The translations under genes and the position numbers were made by a program. This document shows positions 24,738 through 37,797 of a stretch of 51,567 nt of DNA, piece by piece; positions within the stretch are counted from its first letter, which is position 1, and the number at the start of each line of letters is the position of its first letter. A model generated the notes under the pieces. It did no database searches, was not told the DNA's origin, and saw nothing but the letters and a program-made list of their open reading frames with translations. The stretch is from Octopus bimaculoides (lineage: Eukaryota). The stretch spans positions 78,578,919 through 78,630,485 of the forward strand of contig NC_068981.1 of the NCBI RefSeq assembly GCF_001194135.2. The letters run 5' to 3'.

Positions 24738-25880
24738 TGCATATGTATGTATATGTTCTCTTCATAACCATCCTCTCACAACAATAAATCTTTTCCATTC
24801 ATCATGGGACTCTCTTTTCCTTTCCAAGCTACAAGTCAACCTCACTAGTATTAGTACCGCAAAGACCTCCTAATACAAATTCTTACTGGCTAGAAATCAA
24901 CTTGAGTAGTAACAACACAGGTATCAAGAAGATTCTTTAGTCTTGTTGATGACAAAGCAATCCCTATAGAGTTGGTGTCACAAAACAAAAAATGTACCTA
25001 GTTCACACATTAAAGGGGTTGGTCTTAAGAAGAGGAAACTATGTCAAAAGTGAAACACTGAAGCAACATTTTGTCCTCCAGCTCATGGAAATGACTTATA
25101 AAATGATGACAGTATGTGTGGATGAGGTGTTTATGTTGTCCTATTTGTATTTTGACATTGTTTCATGTCTGCTGCAAAAACATGTCTCACCATTGAGTGG
25201 TTCATCATTCAAAAAAATTAAAAAATGAAAACAAAGAACTAAATGACTTACTTGGAAATGTGTAAGGGCTGGTGACAATTGCCAATGTTTATGTAGTTTT
25301 CTGCAGACATCAAATGTTTATTTTATAAAAGGGCAGCTTTTGGCTAAGTTAAATTGAAATGTATACGCTCATTTAACACTGGTTTTCCCCTGAAAACCAG
25401 AGTCTAGTAAAAGAGATATTTGAGGCAGAATTTTATAGTTGGATTATCTTCCTGTTGCCAACCCTTACCTGTTGTTCAAATAAGGGTTTTCTGCATTCCA
25501 ACATGTTCTTACAAGCACAGAACAACTAATCATGTCAACAGGGAATGTCAAGATCAGCACTGCTTTGCTCAAGCAATGACAAGCGTAAAATATATAAAGC
25601 GATGCACACATTCACATACTCTCTCAAATGCATACAATAAGCTTCATACAATTTTCATGTTCCATATTCTTTCACATGGCATTAATCAACCTGGGGCTAT
25701 ATTAAAAGAGAGCCACTTATGGTGCCACACAATGGGACTAAACTTGAAACCACTTGGCCGCAAATAAACTTCTTAACCTCACAGCTATACTTGTTTCTTG
25801 AAACCAGAAACAAATGCAAATGAAGGGCCATTATTGAGATTTTATAATACATTATTGCTTTTTCATTTTTGTTTTTCCAA

Positions 25881-26130
25881 ATCATCATCATCATCATCAT
25901 CATCATCGTTTAACGTCCGCTTTCCATGCTAGCATGGGTTGGACGATTTGACTGAGGACTGGTGAAACCAGATGGCTACACCAGGCTTCAATCTGATTTG
26001 GCAGAGTTTCTACAGCTGGATGCCCTTCCTAACGCCAACCATTCCGAGAGTGTAGTGGGTGCTTTTACATGCCACCGGCACGAAGGCCAGTCAGGCAGTA
26101 CTAAGCAATGGCCACGCTCAAAATGGCAAC
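25881..26130 (-). mobile_element. SINE family 1, young copy, antisense to sdk
   Basis: Near-identical to 121-350 over about 200 bp. Confidence 0.88.
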
Positions 26131-26259
26131 GATCTCACTGGCAACGATCTCACTTGAAAGTCCTTCACACTGAGACTCCTGGCAGTTTACTGTGCTTAAG
26201 AATACACGTCAAGCTAAGTAAAATCAAGGTTGTCCTTGCATACAAGTATGTTCCCTGCA

Positions 26260-26532
26260 TCTCTCTCCAACTGAGTGTTCCTAATCTTGTGGGCTGGTGG
26301 GTACTGGTACCACATATAAAATACATGTACTGGTTCCATGTAAATGCAGCCATGCTGATGCTATGTATAAGCACCCAGAACACTTTGTATTGTGGTTGGC
26401 AATAGGAAAGGCATCCAGCCATAGAAACCATACCAAAACAGACATAGAGCCTGAGCAGCTCTTTAGCTAGCCAGCTCCTGTCAAACCTTCCAACCTATGC
26501 CAGCATGGAAAACAGATGTTAAATGATGATGT
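26260..26532 (+). mobile_element. SINE family 1, older copy just upstream of the TM exon
   Basis: aggaaaggcatccagccatagaaacc...ccaacctatgccagcatggaaaacagatgttaaatgatgat. Confidence 0.75.
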
Positions 26533-26656
26533 TGCATTATTTATTCTATTTTAAAATATCTTGGTATTGATCTGATTTTAAAGATTTTCATTTTCTTGTT
26601 TTACTGTCTGTTCTTTATATGCATCACTTTTATATATACTTTTCTTTTCTGCATAG

Positions 26657-26803
26657 GTGAAATTGGAAAAATGCGTACATTCAGTGAACGGCCGTTTCAT
26701 ACAGAATGGTGGTTCTTGCTTATTATTGCCCTGAGTGGTTTAATTGTCATAATGGCTGTTGTGCTGTTATTGGTCCTGGTTGGCAGGAAGCGAAAGATGA
26801 CCC
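26657..26803 (+). CDS. sdk: Sidekick transmembrane exon: (G)EIGKMRTFSERPFHTEWWFLLIIALSGLIVIMAVVLLLVLVGRKRKMT
   Basis: Acceptor ttttctgcatAG, donor GTaagt, 147 nt, phase 1-1. PF-x-x-EWWFL followed by a hydrophobic helix and a basic stop-transfer stretch matches the Sidekick juxtamembrane pattern. Confidence 0.95.
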
Positions 26804-28186
26804 GTAAGTAGAACTCATTCTTTAAATCAGAAACTCTCAAAGTGGCCTAATTAGTGTATTGTCAGATGTCAGAAAACTGAAAGCAATCTTCCATTTACAC
26901 AGCAATTAGTCTTGATGTATTTTTTCTTTAAATCCAAATGGGATATTACATTCTAAGCATCATGTTTTATCATTTTGTTTAACCAACTGTATGGTTTATA
27001 TAAGCTTAAAATAATCTTATAAACCTACAAGAGAAAGCAAGAAAAAAACTTTTAGTTAGTCTTTATTTCTGCGATGGAAATGTTATTATGCATTTAACCC
27101 TTTTAATACCAACCTGTCTGAGACCATCCCTGTAATACAAACTTCCTCTTTTAAAATGATGTAGATTAAAATCTTTCATCAAAATTTCACTTTATGTTCC
27201 AAACACCAGTTTAACAATGATAAGGTTATTTCACAGCATTCTTCAATGTTTTAAACATTAACTGAAACAAAGGCAATGTCTTTCAATGAAAACATAACAA
27301 AAGGGTTAAGGAGAATGAAAAGCCTTGAATTATCTGTTTTTAATTTATCCACTTGTCAGCATATTTATCAAAAATGCTTTTTGTTAACCCTAATGCTATG
27401 TTAGCAAGTCAATAGGGTATACATGCACACTAAAAACAATTTTACAAAATACTTCATGTTTGAGTAGAATTCATTGATTCATGAAAGCTGCAGTCTAGTT
27501 GAACATCAAACTGACTGAGTAATTGATAAATGTTGAGATGGATTTGGGAAATAGCTTTTAAATACTCTTAAGGTTGTATCATTTATGTAAAAGAGTGCAC
27601 AACTATTGCAAAAACTGGCATGGTTGGATGGTTTGACCTGGTCTCGTGGGTCTAAGGATTGCATTGCATTCTGTCGTCTACTTTGGCATGGTCTATATCC
27701 TTCCTAAAGCTAACCACCACAGTATGTAGTGGGTACTTTTTTCATACCACCAGTACTAATGACATCACGATGCAGCTCACAGGATTATGAACCCTTGCAG
27801 ATGTGGGTGTCAGTTTCATACTAGAGGAGAAGGGGTTAAAGTGTGAGAGAATGGGGAGTGATCAGAGCAGTTTCTTGTAGAGGATCTTCATAGCTACTCA
27901 CAGTTAGTAAGAGGTATGTATATATGTAAACATGTATATATATACAGGCACAGGCATGGTTGTGTCATAAGAAGCTTGCTTCCCAACCACATGGTTCCGG
28001 GTTCTGTCCCAGTGTGGCACCTTAAAGAAGTGTCTTCTACAAAGAATAAATCCTGGGGTCGATTCCTTTGACTAAAACCCTTTAAGGTGGTGCTCCAGCA
28101 TGGCTGCAGTCAAATGACTGAAACAAGTAAAAGAATATATATACACACACACACATGTATATACTTGTAAATATATATACATACAC

Positions 28187-28230
<44 letters not shown>

Positions 28231-28379
28231 GCATGCATGCACACACATACATACATACACATGCACACACACTTGCACACATATAAAAGAAAGCAGCTTG
28301 GAAGTCAAGTAAGAAAGGTTGTTAAATGTGGAGAATGCATGAGAAAGTAGGTCTTCCTAACAGGACCAACTATTCTAAC

Positions 28380-29070
28380 TGATAGCAGATTGATGAAGAA
28401 ATTAAGAATATGAAGGCAGGAAAAGCCCTGATTAATCAGGAATCACTGCTGAGATACTTAAAATATTTAACAGAGTAGGATATAGTTGTTAACTTGTATG
28501 GCTAATAGAGTTTGTACAAGAATGTGTTGCACTCAACAACTGATGTAGTAGCCATTATATTCAACTGTTAGAAGGGTAAAGAAGATGATTTTGAGAAAGA
28601 TCATAACAGAGGCATCAAATTACAAAAAAGTGTTATAGCTCAACAAATTAGAAAGAGAATTAACCTAGATGAGATGCTATTATTTGGTTTCGTGCCATGG
28701 AGAAATACTGCTGATGCCCTCTTTCTTGTAAGGCAACTTCACGAGAAGTATTTAGCCCAAAGTAAGCTGCTGTACTTGTCATTCATTAGTCTGGAGAAAG
28801 CCTCATTCCCTGATCTGATGGTCACTGCAGAAGCTAAATTTAGATAAATGGTTGGTGACAGCCATTCAAGTCATGTACAGTACAGAGGTGTTGTCAGTAA
28901 GGTGAGACTTAGCAAAGAGTACAATGATGAATTTAGTGTGCAAAGAAGAGTTCACTGGGGCTTGATTCTCAGCCCCCACCTATTTATTATATTCCTCTGG
29001 GCCATAACAGAGGAGTTTAAGATTTGGTGCCAGTGGGATCTACTTTTTGCTGATGACTTTGATGTATACT
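28380..29070 (+). mobile_element. RTE-clade LINE RT fragment
   Basis: FGFVP.RNTADALFLVRQLHEKYLA..FISLEKA, then VVSKVRL..EFSV..VH.G.ILSP.LFII..ITEEFK..WDLLFADD. Confidence 0.85.
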
Positions 29071-30076
29071 TTGATACTGAACCTGAATCTGTAGTATTTC
29101 TAGCTGATTCAGTGACAGTATAAAAGTTCCTTTTTGTTGGCTCATTGAGAGACTAAATGCTAATACATGTGGTTGATGTAACACAGTTTGCTCCACTAAC
29201 TACATTGTTTTCATTGTTGTTTAGCTCCATAGTCAAACCCATGATCAAAGGCATTCCAACTTGTATCATACTGTGCTTTTGGAGATATTTAAGGTTATTA
29301 TCCTTGGCTCAGTGGTTAGAGAGTCAGGCTCACAATAATGAGGTAGTGAGTTTGATTCCTGGACCAAGCAATTGTGTTGTGTTCTTGAGCAAAACGCTTT
29401 ATTTCACGTTGCTCCAGTTCACCCAGCTGTAGAAATGAGTTGCAACATCACTGGTGTCAAGCTGTATTGGCCATTGCCTTTCCCTTGGACAACATTGGTG
29501 ATGTGGAGTGGGAGGTTGGTATGCATGGGTGACTTGTTGGTCTTCCATGAGCAACTTTGTGCAAACTTGTGCCTCAGAGGGTAACTTTCTGGGTGCAACC
29601 ACATGGTCATTCATGACCAAAGGGAGTCTTTACCCTTTTTTACTTTCTTTTGCTCTGTTACCCATAACTATTCAGACAAAAGAAAGACAGTATCACTGAG
29701 GTGACTTCTGGGATTGACTCCTTATAGATTTCTGCAATTGAGTTAGGGATGTTCTTCAATAGCTTTCTTTGAACAAAATATTTCAGATCCTTTTACACCA
29801 TGTTTGCATGTTTGTTTACTTGATCAAAATAATACAACATATAGAAACTCCCGGCCTTGCTTGAACAAAACTAATCACCATTCTGTATTAGGTAAAGTGT
29901 TAACTGATTTCTTTGTTGGTACCTTGGTGCATTGTAATAGTTTCATATAATCCCACCCTTGAACTTGTATGCATGTTAACAATTTATTCATATTACCTGT
30001 CCTTATTATTAACATATACTTTGCTACTTAAATTTCTGACCTTACCTAATATTACCATTGTTACAACATTTTACAG

Positions 30077-30215
30077 GTGAAACTATTCGCAGACGTAACA
30101 CCCCACCTCTTCCACTGGAACCCCCAGTACTTGATGATGGAGGATTTTCTACATTTGATCGACGTCAGTCACGTAGAACTATCGGTCATCGTACCAATTC
30201 TTTGCGTAGTATGAG
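30077..30215 (+). CDS. sdk: Sidekick cytoplasmic exon: (R)ETIRRRNTPPLPLEPPVLDDGGFSTFDRRQSRRTIGHRTNSLRSM(R)
   Basis: Acceptor cattttacAG, donor GTtagt, 139 nt, phase 1 to 2. Joins both flanking exons in frame. Confidence 0.9.
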
Positions 30216-32316
30216 GTTAGTCTTACAATTAACCTTTGTAAATTATCAAAATTTCATATAATTTCTTATATAATTATAGCTAAACAGATAAGATGGCAAT
30301 CTCCCATTAATTTCAAATGTCACATCCCATATTTATTTGAGTGTAATGCACATTTTTTGCTAGATTATTAAATCTTAAAAATTTGTGTGTGCACATTAAA
30401 CACAAAAACTAGCTAAGTGATGTTATTTTAGCACCATTTTATAGTATGTATTATATACAAGAGATATTTTTGTTAGATTTCTTTACCTAGAATTAGATTT
30501 ATATTTTGTATATGATATGAGTATGTATTATACATAAATAAATAAATTTTCCCTCAAAATCCAGATCATAAGTAAAGATTTCAGGAGCACACTGTGTTGC
30601 TTGTGAAGAGTTTTGAAACTTGTACTTACTTTCTGAAAGATATGTGCTCTTTAAAGACTTGGAAAATGTACTTTTTAAATACTGGCACACCTAAGGTTTT
30701 CATCCTGTTCATGATGATGACAATACATTTACATAATCTTTCTCCATCATCTATTCTTCCAATTTTAATTAATTGGGTCTCTTGTACATCAACTCATTTC
30801 AAAAAGAGTTTTTTTTTAATTTTTAACTTATGTTATTATCTTTTCTTTGAGTTTATCTCTTTTCAGTATAAGTGATATAGTCTTAATGAATTAAAATTAT
30901 TATTATTGTAGCTTACAAAATCGAATGTGTTAGTGCTTACTTCACCACATAATCTTCAGTAAACAATAAAATTATGGATGTTGAGACTAAGTATTTCATT
31001 CCTCGGAATATTTATGTAATATTTAATGAACAAAAACAGGCGATTTAGATCAGGTAATGAGGCTATCACTGTTACTCCCCATTGAACATGCAGGCTCCAG
31101 GAACTTTGATTGTTCAACAGATAATTAGTTCACTGATTAGATATATTTCAACGTCTAACACATTAAAATAAACACAAGAGAGTAATTTGGGGGTTTATCC
31201 CTCCCCACCCCCCACACACAGAATTTTCTAAATAAATAATTTGATTATCTGTTTGATAAATGAGTGTATCGTTTTTTACAGCTGAACAGTGTTTTCAATG
31301 GACCACTAGATTAGAGTTGATTTAAGACATGACAAATCTCAAAGGATTTTGTTTGCTTTTTTAGCCTTATAAATTCTAAGGCAATTAAGAAAGCTAGTAA
31401 AATGACTTTGATTATTCCTATACCTCCACCATCATTACCACTGCTACTCTTACTGAGTTTAACAGTGGGAATAAGTTGACTGAAACAAATTTTTACTTAT
31501 GGTTTTGCAAGTGACGATTTTTTTTTTTTTTTTTTTTTTTAGATTGGTGTCACCATTGAGTAACTATTTCATGATTATATTCTTTTGCATATTTTTTTTT
31601 CTCTTTTCCTTAATTGCTATCATCATCTTAATCATCATCATCATCACCGTCATCATCATCATCATCATCATCACCGTCATCATCATCATCATTGTTATCA
31701 TCATCCAACTTTGCCTTTTATCCTTTTGAGTTCAGTAAAATAAAAACCAGTGGAGCACTGTTTGATGTAATTGAGTTCTTCCTTCTCTTAAAATTGCTGA
31801 CCTTGTGCTAAAATCAGAAAGGTTTATTTCAACTCACATTGTAGGCTGATCAGAAATCTATTCAGTGTGATCTTTGTGACAAATATTGATTCAATAATTC
31901 AACACAATTTTGTCTATAACTTTATAGAATAATGTGAAGTTTGATTTCAAGACTGGGCTGTTTTTGTTGTTTAGCCTCAAGTGAACAATGAATTAGCTAA
32001 CCTATGATCAAAAGCCATGGATGACTTTTGATCATCCTCCTTATCTCCCCTCCCCACTGGCATAGTATATCACTGACATAATACATATTCTCCATTATAG
32101 GCCTAAAATTTTTTTTTTTAAGTGGTAGAGTATGATTTTGTTGAAACTTGGCTGCTATTTCTTACAGTTCACATGACCATGTGGCAGATCCTTTGTTGGC
32201 TTGTGATTTTAAAGTTTTTCTTTTTGTTTCTTTTCTTAATATTCAGTGATGTTACATAGTTCTTGTTATAGATATTATGTTTACATTCAAGCACTGGAAT
32301 GAATTACTTTAATGTC

Positions 32317-32549
32317 TATTTCTTTATTGCCCACAAGGGGCTAAACATAGAGGGGACAAACGAGGACAGACAAGGGGATTAAGTCGATTACATCGATCCC
32401 AGTGTGTAACTGGTACTTAATTTATCGACCCCGAAAGGATGAAAGGCAAAGTCGACCTCGGCGGAATTTGAACTCAGAACGTAACGGCAGACAAAATACC
32501 GCTAAGCATTTCGCCCAGCATGCTAACGATTCTGCCAGCTCACCGCCTT
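32317..32549 (-). mobile_element. Young full-length SINE family 2 copy with a 14-bp target-site duplication
   Basis: TSD attactttaatgtc at 32303-32316 and 32550-32563. CpG-retaining head ggcggtgagctggcagaatcgttagc and B-box gagttcaaattcc. Confidence 0.92.
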
Positions 32550-33591
32550 ATTACTTTAATGTCAGGTACAACTCCATGATAAAGAAGCTTGCTTTGCCAT
32601 CATGCAGTTTTGCATTTGATCCCACTGCATGGCACCTTGGGCAAGTGTCTTCTGTTATAGTGCTAGAGTGACTAATACCTTGTTAGTGAAACCAGCAGGC
32701 TGAATCTGTACAGAAACTCATCATGCATGTGTGTGCGTGCACGCATGCATGCTTGAATGTATATGCATTTGTATTCACGTCTTTCCATGATACCATATCA
32801 GCTCTGATGCTGTTTATGCCTCCCATTAAAATACACACATATACTCTCTCCAACACACACACTCTCCCCCCCCTCTCTCTCTCTCTCACACATCTGGTAG
32901 TTGTTTGACAGTAGTATATGAAGAACAAGTGAGGGTTGATATCAAGAAAGACATTAGGCCACCTTTCTGTAGAGTGCTGCTTTTAGAAGTCTTGTACAAC
33001 CCATGCCAGCATGGGAAAAGCAGATGGAAATACAATGGTGATAACAAGTACACAGGTGACAAGTTTAAGTTATCTGGCAATGCTTTGTCATTGGAGTGGT
33101 ACTGCCTAAAACATGAGACTTTTTTCCTACCTCATACCAACCTAATTTCTTTCACTTTTGAATAGTTGTACTCACTTATTGCTCATCAAGATAATCATCA
33201 GTTTTAGTCTCTTTCAATCCCATTGTTTACTGTTACTGTTTAGCCTCATATCAGTTACAGAATTTACGGCTTTGTTGTGGCTGACATTTGTAATGTATAT
33301 TAGCATGGCAACCTAATACAATATTAGCCACAAGTGTCATATATGCTATTAACTCTGTCCTGTTCTAGCTATATAGCCACTGTTAAGTGTGTTGAGCTGG
33401 AATACACAACTACAGTGTCTACTTATCTAACTTTGCTGAAATAATTATCAAGTTGTTATTTATTCCTGTTTTGAATTGGAGTTTTTTTTTATTTATTTAT
33501 TCATTTTTTTTTTAATTCTATTTCTCTAGTGTTTTTCATTTTATTTTATTTTTTATTTTATTTATTTGTTTGTTTGTTTGTTTTTGTTCAG

Positions 33592-33715
33592 ATCACCACC
33601 ACGACCCAGTCCTGCTAGTGTGACATATTCTGATGATGACTTGGACACTAAACCTCCATTAGATGACAACAGTAGTAGCTTAACAGAAAAGCCAGATTTA
33701 GAAGAGTTGACAGAA
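33592..33715 (+). CDS. sdk: Sidekick cytoplasmic exon: (R)SPPRPSPASVTYSDDDLDTKPPLDDNSSSLTEKPDLEELTE
   Basis: Acceptor tttttgttcAG, donor GTaagt, 124 nt, phase 2 to 0. SPPRPSP-x-S and SS-x-TEKP are conserved Sidekick tail motifs. Confidence 0.95.
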
Positions 33716-34039
33716 GTAAGTCTGTTGAAAAGTTTTCTGCTTCTTCAGATATTCTTATAAACTGCAGCCTGAGACTTCTAGATGGAGTCAGATGAGAATT
33801 GAAAAGGGAACAGACAAATTGCTGTACTTAATAAAATTAAGATAATTTTGAAACCTTTTAAACTTGACCAACACCATAACAAAGGAAGATGCACAATCTG
33901 TTGCTTTTTTCTTAATAAAGAGGAAATGGTGAATAAAGGGGATTACATTATTATTTTGTTTTTTCTGGTGGGAGGGGAGCTGGTACTTGTAGGTTTGAGA
34001 ACCATTGCTTTAATATCTCACACCCCTGTTGAAGCAGAT

Positions 34040-34322
34040 TGGCCTACAAGAGCCCTGTGCTGGTACCATATAAAAGCACTCTTGCTGGTGTCTTGTAAAA
34101 AGTACCCAAGTCAGCACCACGTAATGGTATTCATGCTGGTGCCACATAAAAAGTACCCAACACATTCTGTGGAGTGGCTGGCATTAGGAAGGGCATCCAT
34201 CTGTTAAAATTAAATCAAATCAGACTGAAACCTGGTGCAGCTCTCCATCTTGCCAGCTCTAATCAAACTATCCAACACATGCCATCATGGATAACAGACA
34301 TTAAATGATGATGAAGATGATT
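34040..34322 (+). mobile_element. SINE family 1 copy with internal repeats
   Basis: Repeated gctggt..taaaaagYacc units, then aggaagggcatccatctg...catgccatcatgg..cattaaatgatgatg. Confidence 0.75.
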
Positions 34323-34949
34323 CTTATAAATGGGTTCCACAAGTGTGTGTGTGCACTAAATGCTAGAATCAAGCAGGTAGTGAAAGTGAATGATTTAGAG
34401 AGGCAGCCTACAAGAAAGAGACTCAAGGTGACTGGACACAGGAGGCTATGTTGTGGTATTATAAAGATGGTTGGTATTCCTTGTTTATCTGTAAGACTCA
34501 AAAGGCATTGAGATTCATATATCATTGTCTAGATTACATATATAAAATTACGATGAACCTACACACAAACACATATACAGATATTACTTGGACAGGCTGT
34601 CACAGTCTGAGTCATCTTCTGTTAGAAACTACTGCCTCCTTAGACTGATGCTCCTATATGTCATCTAGCTTGGTTTCTAAAGCTGGATGCCCTTCCTATC
34701 ACCAACAATTTTACAGAGTGTACTGGGTGCATTTTTCATGCCATCAGCTCTAGAGAGGTTGAATGAATAAACCCCCAGAACCCTCTGCAATCTTTACTCA
34801 GTTTGCCATTCACTGTACTGGCTATGTTGAATGCATTTTGTGGTACCAACATTAGATAGGTTGTCTCATTCACCTGTCCATCTCAGTGATTACATTTTGG
34901 TCAGCTGATACCAGTAAAGGTGGGGTCCTGAACACAAGACAATGTAGAG

Positions 34950-35400
34950 AGTATTCAGGACTCAGATATGTAGACTAGAGAGAAGAGATATGGGGCCAGA
35001 GCAAGAGAAGCAAATAAGTGTTGAGAGTGCTCAATAACTTAGGATGACTGCAAATGTTCAGGTGACCAAGGAGGGGATTAGAAGAGAGATCAATGATAAC
35101 AGTAGTGCCTGGGTGTTTGGATGGAAGAAAAGAGCTGTAGTTTGATGTATATGGCAAGACTGTTCAAAACAGCAGAGGTAGACATAGGTGTGGGTAGATG
35201 ATGGGGTAAGATAAAAATTAAGTGATGAGAAGGAATTTTAGAGGCCTGAGGACAGTGCAATGCAATCTTTTAAGCATGGGTCTTGTGAAGGGTAAGGGAG
35301 TTGGATGGTTGAAGAGGACCGGTGCATTTTCTTATACATAAGAGGAATGAAGGTGGGCCAATGAAGTGAAGAGTCAAAATATTTAATGGGTGTCAGGTGA
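34950..35400 (-). mobile_element. Possible CR1/L2-type LINE 3' remnant (similar sequence at about 38410-38670)
   Basis: Purine-rich on +. The minus-strand translation (YTSNYSSFLP) only loosely resembles CR1/L2 C-termini. Confidence 0.3.
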
Positions 35401-35489
35401 GTGGGGGAGGCAACAAAATGTAAGTTGTTTACTTTGCAGACTACAAAGTATCTCAGTATCTAAACACTATTTTCATGTCAGAGTACCTC

Positions 35490-36340
35490 CTGCATAGATG
35501 GCAGAGTCTTCTACAGCATCACACATCACAAGTCAGTTTGATCCTTTGTCATCACTTCTGTGAGATGCAGTATCTTCAGATCAACCTTCACCACTTCACC
35601 CAAAATCTTTCTTGAACTCCTTTTTTTCCACAGGTTCTATTAATTTGTAGTTCTCGGTAATTCTTTATGCAGTGGTCATTTTTCATATGCAGCATCTGCT
35701 TATACCAAACAGCCTTCTTATGCACTACACCTAATTCTGCTTATATCCACTTTCTCTCTCAACTCATTTATCCTTTTGGCTTCCATGCACATTAATGTTA
35801 CACATCTATAGGTGCAAGCTTGTTTCATTTCATTCTAGCCTTTGCAGTCTTCTACATTCAAGCCCCATATCTCACTAACATGCAGCATTGCAGTTCACAA
35901 GCATCATACAGTCAACCCTATACTCTGAGGGAGAAAACGTTTGTAGCCAACAGAGGTTATAGTCCCTTCAACTTTTTCCAATGGACTCAGACTTTGGTCA
36001 CTGTACTTTCTAAACAACCACCTCTTCTGCTAATTGTGTTATCTAAGTAACAGAAACTATTGACAACTCCAAGTGAGCCATTTAAGAGAGCCTAACCATT
36101 TTCCATATGCTCTTAGTGTATATTCCTTCAGTTTATCGTCTACATACAAAGCTTGCCTTCACTGTTAGTCTGCCTGTTATTCCACTACATTTCTTTGTGT
36201 ACCCATAACATATTGTGTGCCCATGCATACCTTCCTACTTATTAACACTTTAATCTTTGCTAAGTTTACTTGGAATCTTCTGTATTCTAGATTTTGCTTT
36301 CGTACCTAGAATTTCTTTTCTAATTCTTCTGCAGACTCAG
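35490..36340 (-). mobile_element. RTE-clade LINE 3' fragment ending about 50 bp upstream of the terminal exon
   Basis: Minus strand has KVNLAKIKVL, C-S-G-I-T-G-R-L, FCYLD and the later IRLGS..L..LL..K segments, homologous to the RTE fragments at 365-945 and 5595-6700. Confidence 0.75.
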
Positions 36341-36387
36341 CTTTGAAAACTAATTTGATTGTTTTGTTTTTTTTTCTTTCTTTATAG

Positions 36388-36651
36388 CCAAGTGACGAGA
36401 GTGAAGATGAAACTGTAAAAAATACAAATACCACAACTGCTGGAACATTCTACAATCAGTACGTTAACGATACAGTCCGCCAGTCTTGGCAGCAGAGCAA
36501 TCCTCGATCAATGTATAGCGCCTACAACTACACAGATAGTGAGGAAGCTGATAGTAGCACTTACGGCATGAATGTTAATGGTGGCTACATGATGGTTAAT
36601 AATACTGCAGGATCTCGAACACCAGTCGCAGGTTTTTCATCGTTTGTTTAA
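36388..36651 (+). CDS. sdk: Sidekick terminal coding exon, 87 aa plus stop: PSDESEDETVKNTNTTTAGTFYNQYVNDTVRQSWQQSNPRSMYSAYNYTDSEEADSSTYGMNVNGGYMMVNNTAGSRTPVAGFSSFV*
   Basis: Acceptor tttctttcttttatAG, phase 0, TAA at 36649-36651. Ends in GFSSFV, the Sidekick class I PDZ-binding end. Not in the supplied ORF track. Confidence 0.97.
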   Translation, partial: PSDESEDETVKNTNTTTAGTFYNQYVNDTVRQSWQQSNPRSMYSAYNYTDSEEADSSTYGMNVNGGYMMVNNTAGSRTPVAGFSSFV

Positions 36652-37260
36652 GAACTTGATCAGTTTTGATTCATTTTGAAAGATTTCTAGCTTTAACAGA
36701 GATAGATTTGATGAAGAAGAAACAATATGAATGATAATAACAAACAACTAACCAGAAAGAGAAAACATCATAATCATCATTGAAATCTGTGCCAAAAAGA
36801 AATTTGCAAAGAACAACTGTCAACATACATGCATAATGTATTTATGCAATATATGCACACTTGCATGTATAATGTGTATGTTTTGAAATGTTATGAAGCG
36901 TGGCTTGCTCTGATAAAACCACTGCAGCTGGTCAGCAATAATCTGGGTGATTCTTGCAGTCAATAATGCACTGATATTGCAGTTTGGTCCATGGTCTATG
37001 GTCCATTTTACTCTGGAAACAAAAGAGTCTGGGACATCTATGCTTGTCAACTCTCCCCCCCCCCGTTTGTGATATTTCTTTTATATGTGAGGAAACAGTA
37101 TGGACTCCTTCCAATCTATCTAACATTCTAACAAACTCCTACACAAACACACACACACACACACACATATATACACATACATACAAACACACATATATCT
37201 GTGTGTGTGTATATGTATGTGTGCATGTGCACATATATATATATATATACATGTGAATTC

Positions 37261-37291
<31 letters not shown>

Positions 37292-37732
37292 TATATATAT
37301 GAGGAGGGGAATGTAAAATTCCAGTTAATTTATAATATGCCTGACATATTTTTTAAATGTCAAAACCAAAAAATATATCGCATCAATTTTATTCTTTTAT
37401 TTTCCATTTTTATGTCCTTTCCATTTCTTTTTCCTTTTTTCCAATCCCTACCCTCACACTCACACACACACACACACACACATATATACACACAAATGCA
37501 CACATACTTTTTTCTGTTGAAATTTTTTTTCTTTTACTCCAATAATCATTGAAGCAATCAAGTTAATTGAATGAAAATAGATCAATGTATCATTGTCAGA
37601 TTTTCATGATTTTCCTAAAAATCTTTAAACTGGTGGAAGGGGAAGCCCTCCACCCTCACCCACCGCCACATCACCATCGCTGCTATTAAGAACGTACCTT
37701 TGTTTTGTATGTGTGTGTGTGTATGTATGTAG

Positions 37733-37797
<65 letters not shown>

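Noticed and set aside
26651-30082. AG|GTGAAA at the start of two consecutive sdk exons, suggesting recursive splice sites
   Set aside because: GTGAAA is a weak donor, and the GT is explained by phase-1 Gly/Arg codons.
31499-31729. Hydrophobic Ile/Phe-rich ORF resembling a membrane protein
   Set aside because: Derived from poly-T and (ATC)n microsatellites.
32402-32671. ORF MCNWYLIYRPRKDERQSRPRRNLNSER... and similar ORFs at 42976, 43890, 43975, 44723 and 45161
   Set aside because: These are translations of SINE family 2, not genes.
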